A stretch of DNA of 64,000 nt from Epiperipatus broadwayi. Its lineage: Eukaryota > Animalia > Onychophora. Below the pieces are notes generated by a model. That model was not told where the DNA came from. It was given only the letters and a program-made list of their open reading frames with translations, and made no database searches. Below are positions 37,850-51,450 of this stretch, one piece after another. The stretch lies in contig JAQFVV010000009.1 of assembly GCA_028023455.1 (NCBI GenBank), positions 1,240,001-1,304,000 on the forward strand, given 5' to 3'. Within the stretch, counting starts at the first letter, position 1, and each line of letters starts with the position of its first letter. The translations under genes were made by a program, and so were the position numbers.

Positions 37850-38730
37850 ATCCCATTTTTTCCAATCCATAAAGAGTTTTTCCAGATTAATTTGCCAAAC
37901 TTTTTTTATCTTTGCATCTCACATGTAGTCTTTTTCTAAGTCTTTTATAATCTCTTGAGATTCAGTTTAAGATTTTAACAGTACAACTATTGCCATCTCT
38001 TCTAGCAACATATCTAGGCCAGCTTCATTTAGCCTTTTAAATGTATTCCTTGTTATTGCCAATGTACATTTCTTTATACTTCATTAAGCAATCTGAAGTT
38101 TCTTTTATTAAGCATCCATGTTTCAGGTTTATACTTATACATTTGTAAAATATATTTATCTTTTTTTTTTTTCAAACACATATGTTTCTGTTTAAGTATT
38201 TTCTATCAAAAGTATTCCATCCATATTTAATTATATAATTAATTTTATCCATTGTTTTCATCAATATTAATAATCTGACTAAGGTATTTTTGTCTGTTAA
38301 TTTCTAATTCATTTCCATCAATCTATTTGTACTAACACATGCATTAAAGTCTTGTAGAAAAGAAATTTTCTATCTTTCAATGGTATTGATATAATGCTAT
38401 CCTGCAAAGAATAAAAGCTTTAATTTTTCTGAATTTAATGTAGCATGTGCACTGATACAATGAATTCAGATACCATTGCACAGACCACATTTTAACATCA
38501 TTATCCTTTCATTAATACATTTGAGAATTCCCCAAGTAAAATATAATTAATTTAACATAACAAATCCGACATTATGATTTTCCCTTTCACAATTAACTGG
38601 TTTCCCAAGAAATCTTTAGCCATCTACCTGTTCTTTTCAACTTCCTCCTGCAATACTAATTTTTCTAAGAGCACTTATGTCAATTTGTTCATGATAGCTT
38701 TTTAATTGCATGTATTATCCTCCATTCAGG
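37850..38730 (-). pseudogene. Internally deleted RTE LINE remnant
   Basis: Minus strand gives ETWMLNK, a LK.SW..YVARRDGN-like segment and KILN*I.RDYKR..; an endonuclease-like piece lies near 38550-38700. Confidence 0.65.
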
Positions 38731-40839
38731 TAAAGTTACTACATTTCATATAACTATTTTGAATAAAATATAATAAAATTCCTTTATTATTATTGTTGCC
38801 TTCTATTTTATCCCTAATATTAATATATTTTTATCGAGTATGTAATTTGTCAAGCACATGTGGGACAGGCCATTTTTAGATCAAATTTTCTAAATCCCAC
38901 TTCTATTGTAGGCAGGGAATTACTAAATATGGTTGTCTAAACATGCAGTGTTTGCCAAGCTGAAATTCCTCTCAAAATTATTTCCAACATGAATCATTAG
39001 TGATTGTATTGACTCAAGCAAATATTATAACTATAAAGATATGCAGCATATTAAACCTGTATGGCTTTTTTTTAATGCCAATGGTTTCTCCTAAAAATAA
39101 AAATTAAAAAGAAGAAGTGAAACTAGAATTGCTAGGCATATAATTAAAGGATGGAAATGTCATTACACAAATGCATAATTCCAGTGTGATAGTAAAGAGA
39201 AATAACTGATGATTTGAGAGGTATAAGTTCATTTGGACCTTATATTATCTTAACAACTGAAAAGATTAAGAAAAAGGGGTTGACAGAAAAGTCTTGGAGT
39301 AGCACTTAGCTTTTGATGAACTCTCTTATTCTACAAGGTTAAAGGAGGTATTCTTGGTCTCATTATTTGTTATTCATAATTAAATCTCATATCTGAAAGT
39401 TATTCTATTATCTGCCACTTGTGTGTGTGAATACCATATACTGCACCCTACATTTTTATACTATTTTCATATAATTAATCTTTTGTTATTGTTGTGAATT
39501 GATTTATTTTGTTTATTTCATTAATATATTTTAAAAATATAATCATCTGCTTTCCATGTAAAGTCAGTTTATATTTATTATTTTAATAGTAATAAAATTT
39601 AATAATAATAAAGATATATAGCTGATTATTTTTTAATATTAAATGGGAAATATACTCTGGACAATATTTATTTTATCAATATTTTTTTTTGTATTTGGAA
39701 ACAATAGTCTTATTATCAGCAGAAGTATGGCCTCTCCAATTTTGATGTTTTTTGAAATTTATTTTCTCACACATATTTTCCATTACCCATTTCAGATTAT
39801 TGGGTAAACTTTTTAAATTTTATGATTTCTAACACAATACAATTCTTTTTCTTTTTTTTCTGCTTTTATTAAATCAATAACTTTCATTTTATAACTTAAG
39901 AAAGAAACTTTATGAATTTTCTTTTACATTTAAAAAACATTTTATTACACAAAATAATCTATGTAATAATTTTGGAAGAATTAAAAAATTGAAGAATAAA
40001 GTTTGTGCTTTCAATATAACCTTAAGAAATATTATTGATAAATATGATAGCATGCAGTGTTCAAAACAAATAAATGGCTGATATTGTAACATAAAATTTA
40101 TTAAGTATATATAAATTTTAATGTTTTTATTTTTTGTTTATTTTCAATATATATATATATAGGTTTTGGACAGTGTATCATGTGAAACAGTATCTTTTGA
40201 TAGAGTGCATATCGTGATTTTGCTATATATTGAAATCTTTTTTTTTTTCTAAAAATACTTATTTTTAATAGATTATTAATTGAAGTGAGATATTTTACCT
40301 AAGATAAATATTAATAATAGAATAAATATAGAAATAATAATATATTTTAGTAGTTTTGAATTCATAATTCATCTCAAGTGCAGAAGATCCTGGGTATATC
40401 TGGAGAATTTATAATTCTGCTAATTTTCCTTGAATTACATTAAAATTACACAGTATTAATCATAAAATTTTTTGTTATGTTTGTATTTATATGTAACTGT
40501 AAGTTATAAATATGCTTTTAATTTAAAATAAACTTTTTTTAAAAATAATAATGTTGTAAAAGAAGAATGTGATTAATAAAAAGTTAGTATTGAAAAATCA
40601 TTCTCTTATTCTGTTAATTAATAAATGAAGTGGGTAGAAAAATATGGAAAAAAATGAAGAAAGTAAATAAGAATGAAATAAAAATGGAAATTTAGAATAA
40701 TTTTGAAATATATAAGAATACTTTTATAAAATACTGTAAATAAAATAATAAAAATTATAAATTTAAGAAATATAAAATTGGAATTAAATTATTTATAAAA
40801 TGAAAATAAGTTTAAATAAATTGATGAATAGTAATGAAG

Positions 40840-41020
40840 TAGACAGATTAGAAAATATGAATGGAATTTATATTGTAAATTTTAAAAAAGAAAATGAAAA
40901 TATTTCATATTGTAACGTAATAAAAAATATAGAAGAAAAGGAATAGTAAAGTTATCATTATATCTAGCCATATGCTGATGTGACAAATGTAATTAATGAA
41001 AATCACACTGAAGATGATGT
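40840..41020 (+). pseudogene. Possible Penelope GIY-YIG fragment with trailing CTGAAGA
   Basis: DRLENMNGIYIVNFKK..Y..KNIEEK resembles GIY..YIG..R.KEH; very degenerate. Confidence 0.3.
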
Positions 41021-41502
41021 TCTATGATAATGATTAAATATGTCAATCAATATATTATCAATAGCCACAATTTGATTGCATTATTTTTATGTATCTAAAT
41101 ATATTTGTTGACGACATTATCTGAGATATAATTTTAATTACTTGGAGAAAATAGTGCCAATTATGATGATAAATGATTATCCAAATTGCCAACAAAAATT
41201 ATTGGTTTCAATCTAGATAAAATCAAAAAAAGAAGATGCACTATCCATATTACTAAATGATATTTATATTTTCATGTGTATGCAGTATTGTCTATAGCAT
41301 TCTTAGTCATAATTATAGTGTAAGACTGCTTTATCATCAATCTGAGGTTTAATATTTCACTTTTTGAATAACTTGAGGAATACTCCTTTTTATGTTTGTT
41401 TTCTTTCATTTTTAACCACAACTAGCCTAAGTAAAACATAAAGATTTACTATAGTAAGATAAGATTTGATATACAGGCATTCTTATACCTGGAACTTAAT
41501 TG

Positions 41503-41812
41503 TAAATATAGGGGATTTGAACTCAGACTTTCAAGCAACCTTCAACTATCTCATGCTACTGATATACCTGACCACACACATGTAGAAAAGATAAATAATC
41601 TTCAATATACATATTTCATGCTGAACCAGCACTCATCAGTTAGTCCAGTAACTGATGAGTCTGGTTCAGGACTAACTGATGAGTGCTGGTTCAGCATGAA
41701 ATATGTATATTGAAGATTATTTATCTTTTCTACATGTGTGTGGTCATGTGTATCAGTAGCATGAGATAGTTGAAGGTTGCTTGAAAGTCCGAGTTCAAAT
41801 CCCCTATATTTA
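41503..41812. mobile_element. Near-perfect 310-bp palindrome of a hammerhead-bearing repeat (Penelope-like inverted terminal repeat)
   Basis: Arms ~41503-41646 and ~41669-41812 differ at only a few positions. 22-nt spacer. A 13-bp direct repeat TATAGTAAGATAA at 41450-41462 and 41811-41823 flanks the insert. Confidence 0.9.
41669..41745 (+). ncRNA. Type I hammerhead ribozyme, core intact but G at position 17 (mirror copy on minus strand at ~41570-41646)
   Basis: gactaa-CTGATGA(41676)-GTGCTG-gtt-CAGCAT-GAAA-TATGTA...TACATG-TG-tgtggtc. Confidence 0.75.
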
Positions 41813-43886
41813 TAGTAAGATAAATTATATAATTTAATAAATTGTTGATAAAACAAAAAAATAATTAAGATAAAATCACTTAACAACACACATTTATTAA
41901 AGATATAATTTAAATTCTTCACAAAGTGTAACTATTGCATTTAAACTATAATACTAACACTCTTACATTTAAACTAATAATTCTTTAAGTTTAGAATAAG
42001 ATCAATTAATTGTTTAAATTTTTTTCCTTTTATATATTTTTCAAGAATGAAACGCAAAAATTGTTTTTAAAACCTCTTATAATAATTACTTTAAGAATAT
42101 GTTCATGAAATACTTTAATTACATATCTATATATAGAATGAAAGTTAAGATTTTTTTAAATACTAATTATTTGTTCTTTTAAAATGAATTATTAAATCAA
42201 TCAGATTTACAACAAAAAACAAAATTATTATTTAATTATCACAAATTAAACCTAATTCATTTAAATATCCATAGTGGATTGACAGATATAAGTGAATTTT
42301 AATTTATAATTAAGACAAATTTATGTATTTAAATTCACATTTTTTATTAACAAAGTATTTAGTACTATAGATTTTTTTTTTCCTTTTTAACATTCACTCA
42401 TTCTTTTATAGATTTTCCAGATATGTGTTAGCATAATATTAATATTTCTCCAGTCAAGTTCTTTAATAAAGCTTCAAGATCACTTAATCCTTGGCAGAAG
42501 TATTGTAGTGGGGATAATTATGCTTTCAAAATCTATGGGCAACTAGTCTTTTTTAATTAACTGATCATGGGTATGATTTAATAGTCCTTTCAAAGTATAA
42601 AATTGATATAACAGTCCTTTCAAAGTGTAGTATGACTTAGCTTAATTATCCTCCAATAGCAACTGAAAGACATACTATTTATTCTGCAATTATGGGTTTT
42701 TTAATTGCCTCTGAATTGATCTTCACTCATCTGAATTCAACTCAAACTGATTAAATTTGTTTTTTTTTTTTTGCTTTTTATATAAGTCCACGTTTTTGAA
42801 AATACAATTGTTCTTTTTAATAAATATTTTTCCTTACAGTTGTTTTTCTGTTATTCAATTTCTCTAATTAGTTTATCTGTTTTGTTATCTTAGTTTCTTT
42901 ACAAAACACTTTATATATTCTTCATTTTTAATTAATTAAGCTAAGAAGATTGATCAAGAAATATATTTTAAAAATACCTAAACAAAAATAACAATTTGCT
43001 TTTCTGCCTTTCAAATTAAAATAATTTTAAATTATATAAAATCTATAATTTTGTTTCTGAGCAAATATAATCTTATGATCTTATGAATCTTAGCTGTTAA
43101 AAGAATCCTTTTTAACTATTTTTTAAAAACTATATTTAAAGGCATAACAAAAAATTAAATAAAACTAGATTGAAACCCTTTGAAAGTTAGAAATTCAAAT
43201 ATATATTTGCATGCACCAAAATATAAACATTTAAATTTTGAAATAAAAATTGTAGAAAATTTCAAAAGATATTATTTCTGTACTTATATATAGAAATGGA
43301 AAAATCAATTTTAAATAGAAATAATATAATGAAAGGTGAATAATAAGTAGACATTAGCAAGTACAATAAAGTAATCCACAACAAAGGCTTCTACAACAAA
43401 ATTTTACAATAAACGCTTTATCTCATTAAATTAAGATTTGTATTACAAGTGCTAGGAGTGGCAGACATTTTTGTTATATTTTGGAAGATGTAGTTTTCAA
43501 TTTAGTTGGTTTATCTATTTATACCATTAAGAATAAAAATACTGTGCATATTTTTTTTTAATTGTTACATACATATAACAATTGTAGCTATTAGTCCAAT
43601 AAGCAGAAGTAGAAAAATAATTATAATAAAAAAGTGATAAATTTATTAACAAAGACCATTGGTTAACATAATAAAGTGGCAGACTTCTTTTTAATATTTT
43701 CTAATGTTTACTTGCTTAATTTAGTTTGCACATCTGTTTGTTCCATATAGTAAAATAGAAATTCTTAATATAAAATGGCTAAATTTACAGTCTGATTTTT
43801 TTTGAAAGATATGTTAATATTTTTAACAGTTTGATTACACAAGTTTTTAAAATTTAAATTTGTAATATATACACAGATGAAGGTTA

Positions 43887-43959
43887 TGCAAAAACTGATG
43901 AAGACTGCAGGATAGTCGAAACTGTTAGAAAATTAAAGCAATTATATAAAAAATTTTGC
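43887..43959 (+). ncRNA. Hammerhead core of Penelope type
   Basis: tgcaaaaa-CTGATGA-a-GACT-gcaggat-AGTC-GAAA-c...ttttgca. Stems I and II are present; stem III and the cleavage triplet are degenerate. Confidence 0.6.
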
Positions 43960-44609
43960 ATTAGAGTGTATATATGGAAATTTATAAAAAATAATTTTTC
44001 ATATTGGAAGATAACTTTGCTCTGTGGTATAGATCTTGAACAGATTAACCCTAAGTACATGTCTCAATGTAAGTTGCAATAAATTGTTATAATGAATGAT
44101 TTTCTGGAAAAAATATGTCTTATAGCAGACCATAAAATTGTGTTAAAGAGAAAACTAAAGATAGTAATTATAGAAGATTAGTTTAGATATATCTTTTAAA
44201 AACATAGAATTTGAAACATGGAGAAAAAGGACTTTTTAAAATGCAGTAATTTGATGTTTTATAGACAATTGATAAGATTTAAGAAATATATAAAATAAAG
44301 TTTTTAATTAAAATGAAGTTAAAATAACTTGAAAGATAAAATGAATGTATGAAAAAATATTTTGATGGCATAAATTCATAAGATTGATTTCTTTTGTTTT
44401 TTTTACTTAATTATGTAAATATGAGTTAAATATGAATTATACACATGGTATATGGATATGTAAGTGGTAAGGGAATTAGTATTCTATATTGTGATTGTAT
44501 AATGGAATCACAGTGTTCATGTAATTAAAATTAAAAAAAAAGCACAAATATTGTAAACCAGCTTATGGACATTAATGCTATGGGGCCATGATTTTAAAGT
44601 GGATTAAAG

Positions 44610-44989
44610 CAGGGGTGGACAAACTTTTCTGGCCATGGGCCACATGGACTTCTGTAAAATCTTTAGAAGGTTGCATGTAGAAAATGTATTTATTTTTCCA
44701 ATATATGAGGTATTCATAATAAAGAAAAGTATTGCCATCATGCCTATTGTCTTTATATTGTCAGCAAATTTTTATGAAATAAAGCTTCTAATTCTGTTTT
44801 ACAAAATTTTGGGATGATGTCAGGCATCATATGCATTTGTGAGTAAATTCAGAGACTTATTCCATGCTACCAATCATATATTGCTTGTTTATATAATTTA
44901 ACCATTTTTTAAATTTTTTTAAAATGTTACACTTGTGCATGAGTTGAAGAGGACACAAATCATTCAGGACTATAGTTTGTTCACATTTG
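44610..44989. mobile_element. hAT-family MITE
   Basis: The left end CAGGGGTGGACAAACTTTT..GGCCACAT and the right end ..TAGTTTGTTCACATTTG form imperfect TIRs of Charlie/Buster type. The 8-bp flanks match at only 5/8. Confidence 0.6.
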
Positions 44990-47299
44990 TATTCATGTAA
45001 TATAAAATAAAAAAATCAAGTGGATAAATGATACACAATATGTTTCCCATATGTATAGTTAAGAGATAATGTATAGAAATAAATTGTTTTAGTAGCCTGT
45101 ATATTGATTTTTAACTTAAAACATAGTATGATATTGGCAACTATTAAAACTTTATGGAAGTATAAAATTCAGATTAAAAATGAAAACAACATACATATAT
45201 AATATTTCCATTATTTTTTTTAAATGTATATTCACAAACAAAAAATATAAGTTTGATTATGGAGGGCTTTATATATTATGAGTAACCAAGGATTCATTAT
45301 GGAAGAGAGTTTGATGTGTAAAATTAACGTATTTTCAAACTTATACATTAGAGGGTGCATTTGTAGCATTAAAAATTCTAAAAGTCACTGCCAGTTATTA
45401 AAATTTATATTAAATGCATGAAAACTTTAAATGTGTATTTTTAATAAATATGTTTTAATGCAATAATGTAATTAATTGATTTGATAATACCATCAAAGTG
45501 TTTATCACTGATAAGATCTTTATCAACAACATTCTGGGTGGGATTGGAAGGTTAGTATTTGAGTTTTGAAAACATTTTTTTTGTCAACTGATGATTTGTC
45601 TATAAAAGCAAGTGTAAGATGACTTTCGAACAGTTGTTGTATTTGTTAGAGAAATGAACTATTAATAATAATTGGAAAACAGTTATTACTGAGTATTGAG
45701 ATCAAGCAAGCCATGAACTGAAATTCAATTAAAATAGGAAGAAAATATTTATGACAATGTACATAAGAATTATTAATTGATTTTAATATTGAATAGTGAT
45801 TATGACAATGGGAAAATGATAAGATGTAATCTTGCAAAAATATTTTTTAATATATTCAACCAAAGCTTTGGATTATCATTGAACCTCTTATAATCTATAC
45901 AATGGTTGACTAGGGGTTCTTAGAAGGATGTTTCCCATCAATTTCATGCTATGTAGTTCCTTAGAAGTGAAAGGATGCTATGCTTGAAGAACCTACTATT
46001 GTCCAACATAAAATGGTAGATTGCTGGCTGCCTGTCTTGTTAAACAGAACTGTAACAAACCCAACATATAAAATTGCCTGCTCTAAAATATAAGCAAGAA
46101 TTGAAAATAATGATTAATTCATGAAACAAGAAGCCTACAATCCAAGAATGAAGTCATACTATGATTCATTATCCAAGAAATAAATATTAAGATTTGTCAA
46201 GAATGGCTAAAGATATAATTATGTCAATTACCTATGGAATCACGAGTGTGCATATTTCAAGTCAATTGACCAGTAAGAGTTTATACTTTATTAAAGTACT
46301 AAATAGCCTAAAGGTATGTTTATTACTGTTACTATAATTAACAAGTTACTATAATTATTATTTTCATATTATAAGCATATATGTTTTTTTTTTTTTGCTC
46401 TTTCTTGTTTGTAAAAATGTTTGATTGGAATTTAAATTGCATGAAGAGAAAATGTGTAGATTTTTTTACTCTCTCTACCAATTTTTTTCATCAATTTACT
46501 ATAGAAGATTGCATTGCATTTGATGAGGTATGGTTAAAGTTATTAAATGCTTTAAGATAAACATTCGTTGGTATTTGTAAATCCTATTTTAATGAAAATC
46601 CTTATCATATGCATCTATTTAGACTTTTACTTGTGTTATAACATGTATTTAATCCTTTAATGATATTCATATCATTTTGTTATTTATAAAATTGCTATTG
46701 TTAGTAAAAAAAATACCTATTTCCATCCGATTGATTTTTGTAGTTTAACAATCAATTATATGCATGCAATTTTTATCAAGAATGTCCAATTTCTGTACTC
46801 CATCATCAACCAGAAGTGATAACAAGGAAAAATTTCAATATTTTTCCTTTGTTTTTAGAATAATTCAGACATAAATTTGTAATGATAGTCTATTTAAAAA
46901 AAAGAAAATATTAGATAGATTTTGCTTTATTTATGTGCAAAGAAAGCTGTCTATTAGGAAACCTTTTGACTGACTAAGAGAAGTTGGTTTACAGGTAGAA
47001 ATATATCGATAAATTTAACCATTACTATTAGAGAAATGAAGTGCAATTCACAAATAAAATGAGTTGGTTTTATCATCATCATTTTATAATTGTATTATAT
47101 TTGAAAATAGTAATATGGCAGATATATAAAAGCATAGTCATTGTACATAGTATTTCTCATTTTGTACTTGGCATTATCATCTGATTATATTTTGGCATCC
47201 TTATGCGTGTCTAACTCATAGCTGAATTATTTCTCATCTGACAATAGGAATATCAACTATACTGTTTTTTTAATAGTTTTTGTTTTTCTAGTTTTGCTT

Positions 47300-47720
47300 T
47301 AACACTAACTCCTTAATCAATAATCACTTTCCGTGTTAAATCTATGAAGTATATTACAATCTTGAAATATATATTTTCTGTTAATCAAAATGTAATCCAA
47401 CTTGCTGCACCTCATTTGAATGCTTCTATGTCCATTTCAGTTTTGGATTTTTTTTTTTTTTTTTTTAAAATAATATAAAGATTTTTTTTTCTTCTATAAA
47501 ATTCCACAAGTCTATGTCTGTTTTTATTTCTATTTTCGTATCCAAATTTATTAACAATATTTTTAATAGCTTTTTCATTTAAGCATTTAAATCTGTTATT
47601 TGGTCCACTCATAAGCATTCTGTTCATTTATATAAAAATTCTCTGCTCTTCCATCAGAATGAAAGTTTGAGACATAAACTTAAATTATTTGCAATTGGTA
47701 TCTTCTATTAAGTTAAATAA
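47300..47720 (-). pseudogene. RTE LINE apurinic endonuclease fragment
   Basis: NKFGYENRNKN.HRLVEF, KLKWT, LDYILINRKY.FQD..ILHRFNTESD. Confidence 0.7.
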
Positions 47721-49279
47721 TTAATCTTTCTATTCTATCTAATATACTATTAATATTCACAGTATTGTTCTTTCATTTTTATTTATGATGAATCTCACTC
47801 CACTTATGTTTAAATATTTGAGCTTTTTATAATAAAGAACATGTTATTTTTTCAAAACAATTGTGCATTAATCTTTTTTTTTTTATGAATGCTTTTTACA
47901 ATATTAGTCAATTTTATTCCAATTCTTGTAATCCTACTTCAGTTGAAAGTTATAAAAGTTTATTATTGAATGGCAGTCTAAATCTGTAATCCTACGATTC
48001 TTAGCATTTTTGCCTTTAGTTATAAACTGCTGGCTTTGCTGACAATTTTATAATCTGGGATATAAAAGCTATTATTTATTGTTTATCATAATTGTAAATA
48101 GGAGATAGAGCATTCACACACACACACTCTACACATTCATTCAGACTTAAGAAACTTCAGATAAAAATTATTAGGTGTCTGATGAGAAAAATTATGATAA
48201 TTTTTTTATTCCAAAACTAAAAGATATACACAAGTGAATTCACATCATTAATTGATGTGTGTTGCTGTGCAACTACTACAACACTGAGAATATATGGATG
48301 ATCATTAGAAATTTGGATTTGCCTTGATCCATATCTCTACCAGATACTATTCTAGAAAAGTTTTTTTTTCTTTCTGAATATTGTTGTTAAATTAAACCAT
48401 CTAATTTACAAATTTGAATTTAATATTGAATTGTGAAATAATTTTTGCTTTTAACTAGTATTGATATGCTACTAATGATTTTGCCATAATATTTGCTGCA
48501 CATTATTAATAAGTGAATTACATATGATTTTTACTTTGTATGCATTAGCTTTTATAAAATTAATATTAATTATGTAATACTTTCAATCATTTTGTTTACT
48601 CAAATAATTATTATAATTTAATTTATTAGTGCCAAATTTCTTACACTCATATATTTGACAACATCTATTAGAAATGCATCTTAGGGGAATACCTTTTTTT
48701 TTTAGGTGTTTTATTCTTGTATTTGAACTGTGTGAGCTATATAAAAAAGTTTTAAATTTATCAAATAAGTATTCATTTATATATATTATATAATTAAATT
48801 GATAGTTCTGAATGGAAGCAAAAGTGTATTCTAAAACAATGTTTCCATGTTCAGAATTTTTATTATTAATATTAAATATAAATATTGGACTGTGTTATAA
48901 GATTCTCTTTTTTTCTCTCCTATTAAATGGTAAAAGAAAATACAAGGCTATTAAGTCTTTATTAATTTAAATCTTGATTTTGTATGTAAAGTAAATTTAT
49001 AAATGTTTGCATATATTAATAATATGAAAAGCCAAGCATAAATTACATCTATTTATTATGCAGCATCAATTAACAGATCATGATCAATTACCAGGACTTA
49101 ATAAATAAATAAAATATTAAATATATGTAGCATATATTTTTTTTAGACATCTTAACTATTAAGAAAATATAACCTGTAGAGATTACTATAGCCACACAAT
49201 TTTTAGACATTAAGTATGTTGTTCATGGTTTGTGTTTGTCCATATAGATCAGTGTTAAATTTCATTTAAGAAGCAGATG

Positions 49280-51450
49280 AGTGCAGCAGCCAGGGTTTGT
49301 CCTGAATCTTTGTTGAAATCCAGTAACATGTGAAAATACCAAATTCAGCTGATTTTATTGCTAGAGTTTGAAAAAACATTTATTTGGAACTTGATAAGTC
49401 CATTTCTTAGATCATAATTCTTCAGTTATAAGTTTTAATGAAACAATATCCTGAATCATTAGAAAATCTAATCGGCTTAACAGTGGAGACAATTTCTACT
49501 ATCTGATAGAGAAATATGTAATAGAACATCTCAATCATTGCAAAAGAATAGAATTGAGTCAGCCAGTAATATTTCTCATGCTAATATTTAATCAAGCATC
49601 TAAAATTTTGGTGGGCACAATTTTTTCTTCAAATAGGCTAAATATTTATCAATAGAATATGTTCGTGTTTAGGAAGCTGTCTATAAAGTACTTGAATACA
49701 AACCCAAGTATTTCCAGCAGCTTTCCAAGGATATTATTCCTAGAAATTAATTTTACTTTAGAAACATGAAGAAAATAAATTAGGCTGCATTCCAAGATTG
49801 CCTCTAAATGGTTTGGGATAGGATTGTGTTTTAGACTATTATTGTTAAAGATTAAATTCAAATTTCAAAATTTCTCATGTTATGTAGATGAATACTGATT
49901 TTGTTGGTTTAGGCATATCCTTTGCAAAAAATTCCAAACTTTAGAAACTTTTCTAATTCTGTGATAGATCTCTTGAAATCAAAGCAATGCTAACATCATA
50001 AATGAATTTCCCGCATTTTGTGTCTGCAAAATCACTGATAAATATATTAAATAAAATCATCGAAATGTAAACATTAAAAGCCTAAAGTTAAACTAGTCAA
50101 TAAAATAATCAAAATTACCCCAAATTCACAACCCAATCAGACTAGCTAAAGAAAACTTTAAAGCACAGCCAATGGTTTCACTGCTACCAGCAGACTTCTC
50201 AAATGTAAAGGACTATGAGATAACAAATATTTGAGAAGTGAACCCTGTAATAGCCTTTCTATAAAATTTTGTGTCTACTTTGATTATCATTGAATTTTTG
50301 TATTGGAGAACATTTTGTTGAGTAAATTAATGATTTCCCAGCATTTAAGAATTTTTTAAGATTTTTAGAAAAAAATTTCCCAACAGAATAATAAGTTATT
50401 AGTTAAATTAATAAAGCTAATACTAATTTTTTATTTATTTTGAAAGCATTATTCATTGAGTTTTTAAAGATAAAACTTCTTCACAGCAATTTTTTTCCTG
50501 GCCTAAATCCTGTAAGTTCTATAGGTAGATGGTTCTCAACTATTGGCATATTTTTGAAATATAATTTTTTCCAAATAACTTACAGAAATCACATAATAAT
50601 AATGGCATTGGATAATAATTTTTTTGGTTCATTTCTGGATTTATTTGACTTTAAGATTGCTATAGTTTTTCTTTTATACCAAATTTTTGGAATAGTTTCT
50701 GTATGAATAATGTTAAATTATTTTCTATGCTTTGATTTTAAACACTACATTTTTTAGTAATTCTGCAAGATTGCTATCTGTTTCTGGAGCCTTTCTTGGT
50801 TTAAGGCAATCAAGAACAAATTAAAGTTTTGGTTTAATAGATTCATATTAGAGGAACTTTGTGAAAGAGAAGCTTTAAGTTCTGCTATAATGTTGCTTTA
50901 TCTTACTGTATCAGTTTTTAGAAGTTTTATATACAAGACTGACAATCTCATTAGCAATGACAGAAATAATTCTTTTGGAAATGCTTTTGTAATCATCAGA
51001 ATTATGTTAAACTAAGTAGGCTTTTTGACTAGGTGTTATAACATTTTGTTTTTCTATAGCCATTTTCTTTCTAATGTTATTCAGTTATTTTATAAATTTA
51101 TCAGTAATTTCCATTAACCCGGAATAAATCGATATTCTCAAGAGAATGGACCCTTTGGCTAGTATTTTTATGAATTTATTAAACCTATCATAGCAAGAAG
51201 AAATTGGAGAGATTCTATTAATAATCCATTCAAAACATCCAGTACATCTAATTCCAATTAGCTTCTCTTAAGGTTCATCTCTCAAATAGGATAATTTTCA
51301 AATAGTTTAGCTATGGGGGAAATGATCCAATATCAGTAGATTAATAGGCAAATAATAAAGCACTTTTTGTTAAATCAAGACATAAATCAGGAAATATTCA
51401 TGTTTTTCATCTGCCTAAATAGAATGTTCCTATTTTCTTGGCATTGTGTC
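49280..51450 (-). pseudogene. Decayed I/Ingi-like LINE (RT region)
   Basis: Minus strand gives VENHLPIELTGFRPGK.CCEEVLSL, GLLQGS, TKSVF, an RNNILGK..GNTW-like segment (cf. RNNILRKL.GT.WG) and LN..MRNITG. Confidence 0.7.

Noticed and set aside
45585-45645. CTGATGA hammerhead candidate
   Set aside because: No GAAA after a credible stem II. The same applies to CTGATGA hits near 25123, 37370, 37420, 39205 and 48180.
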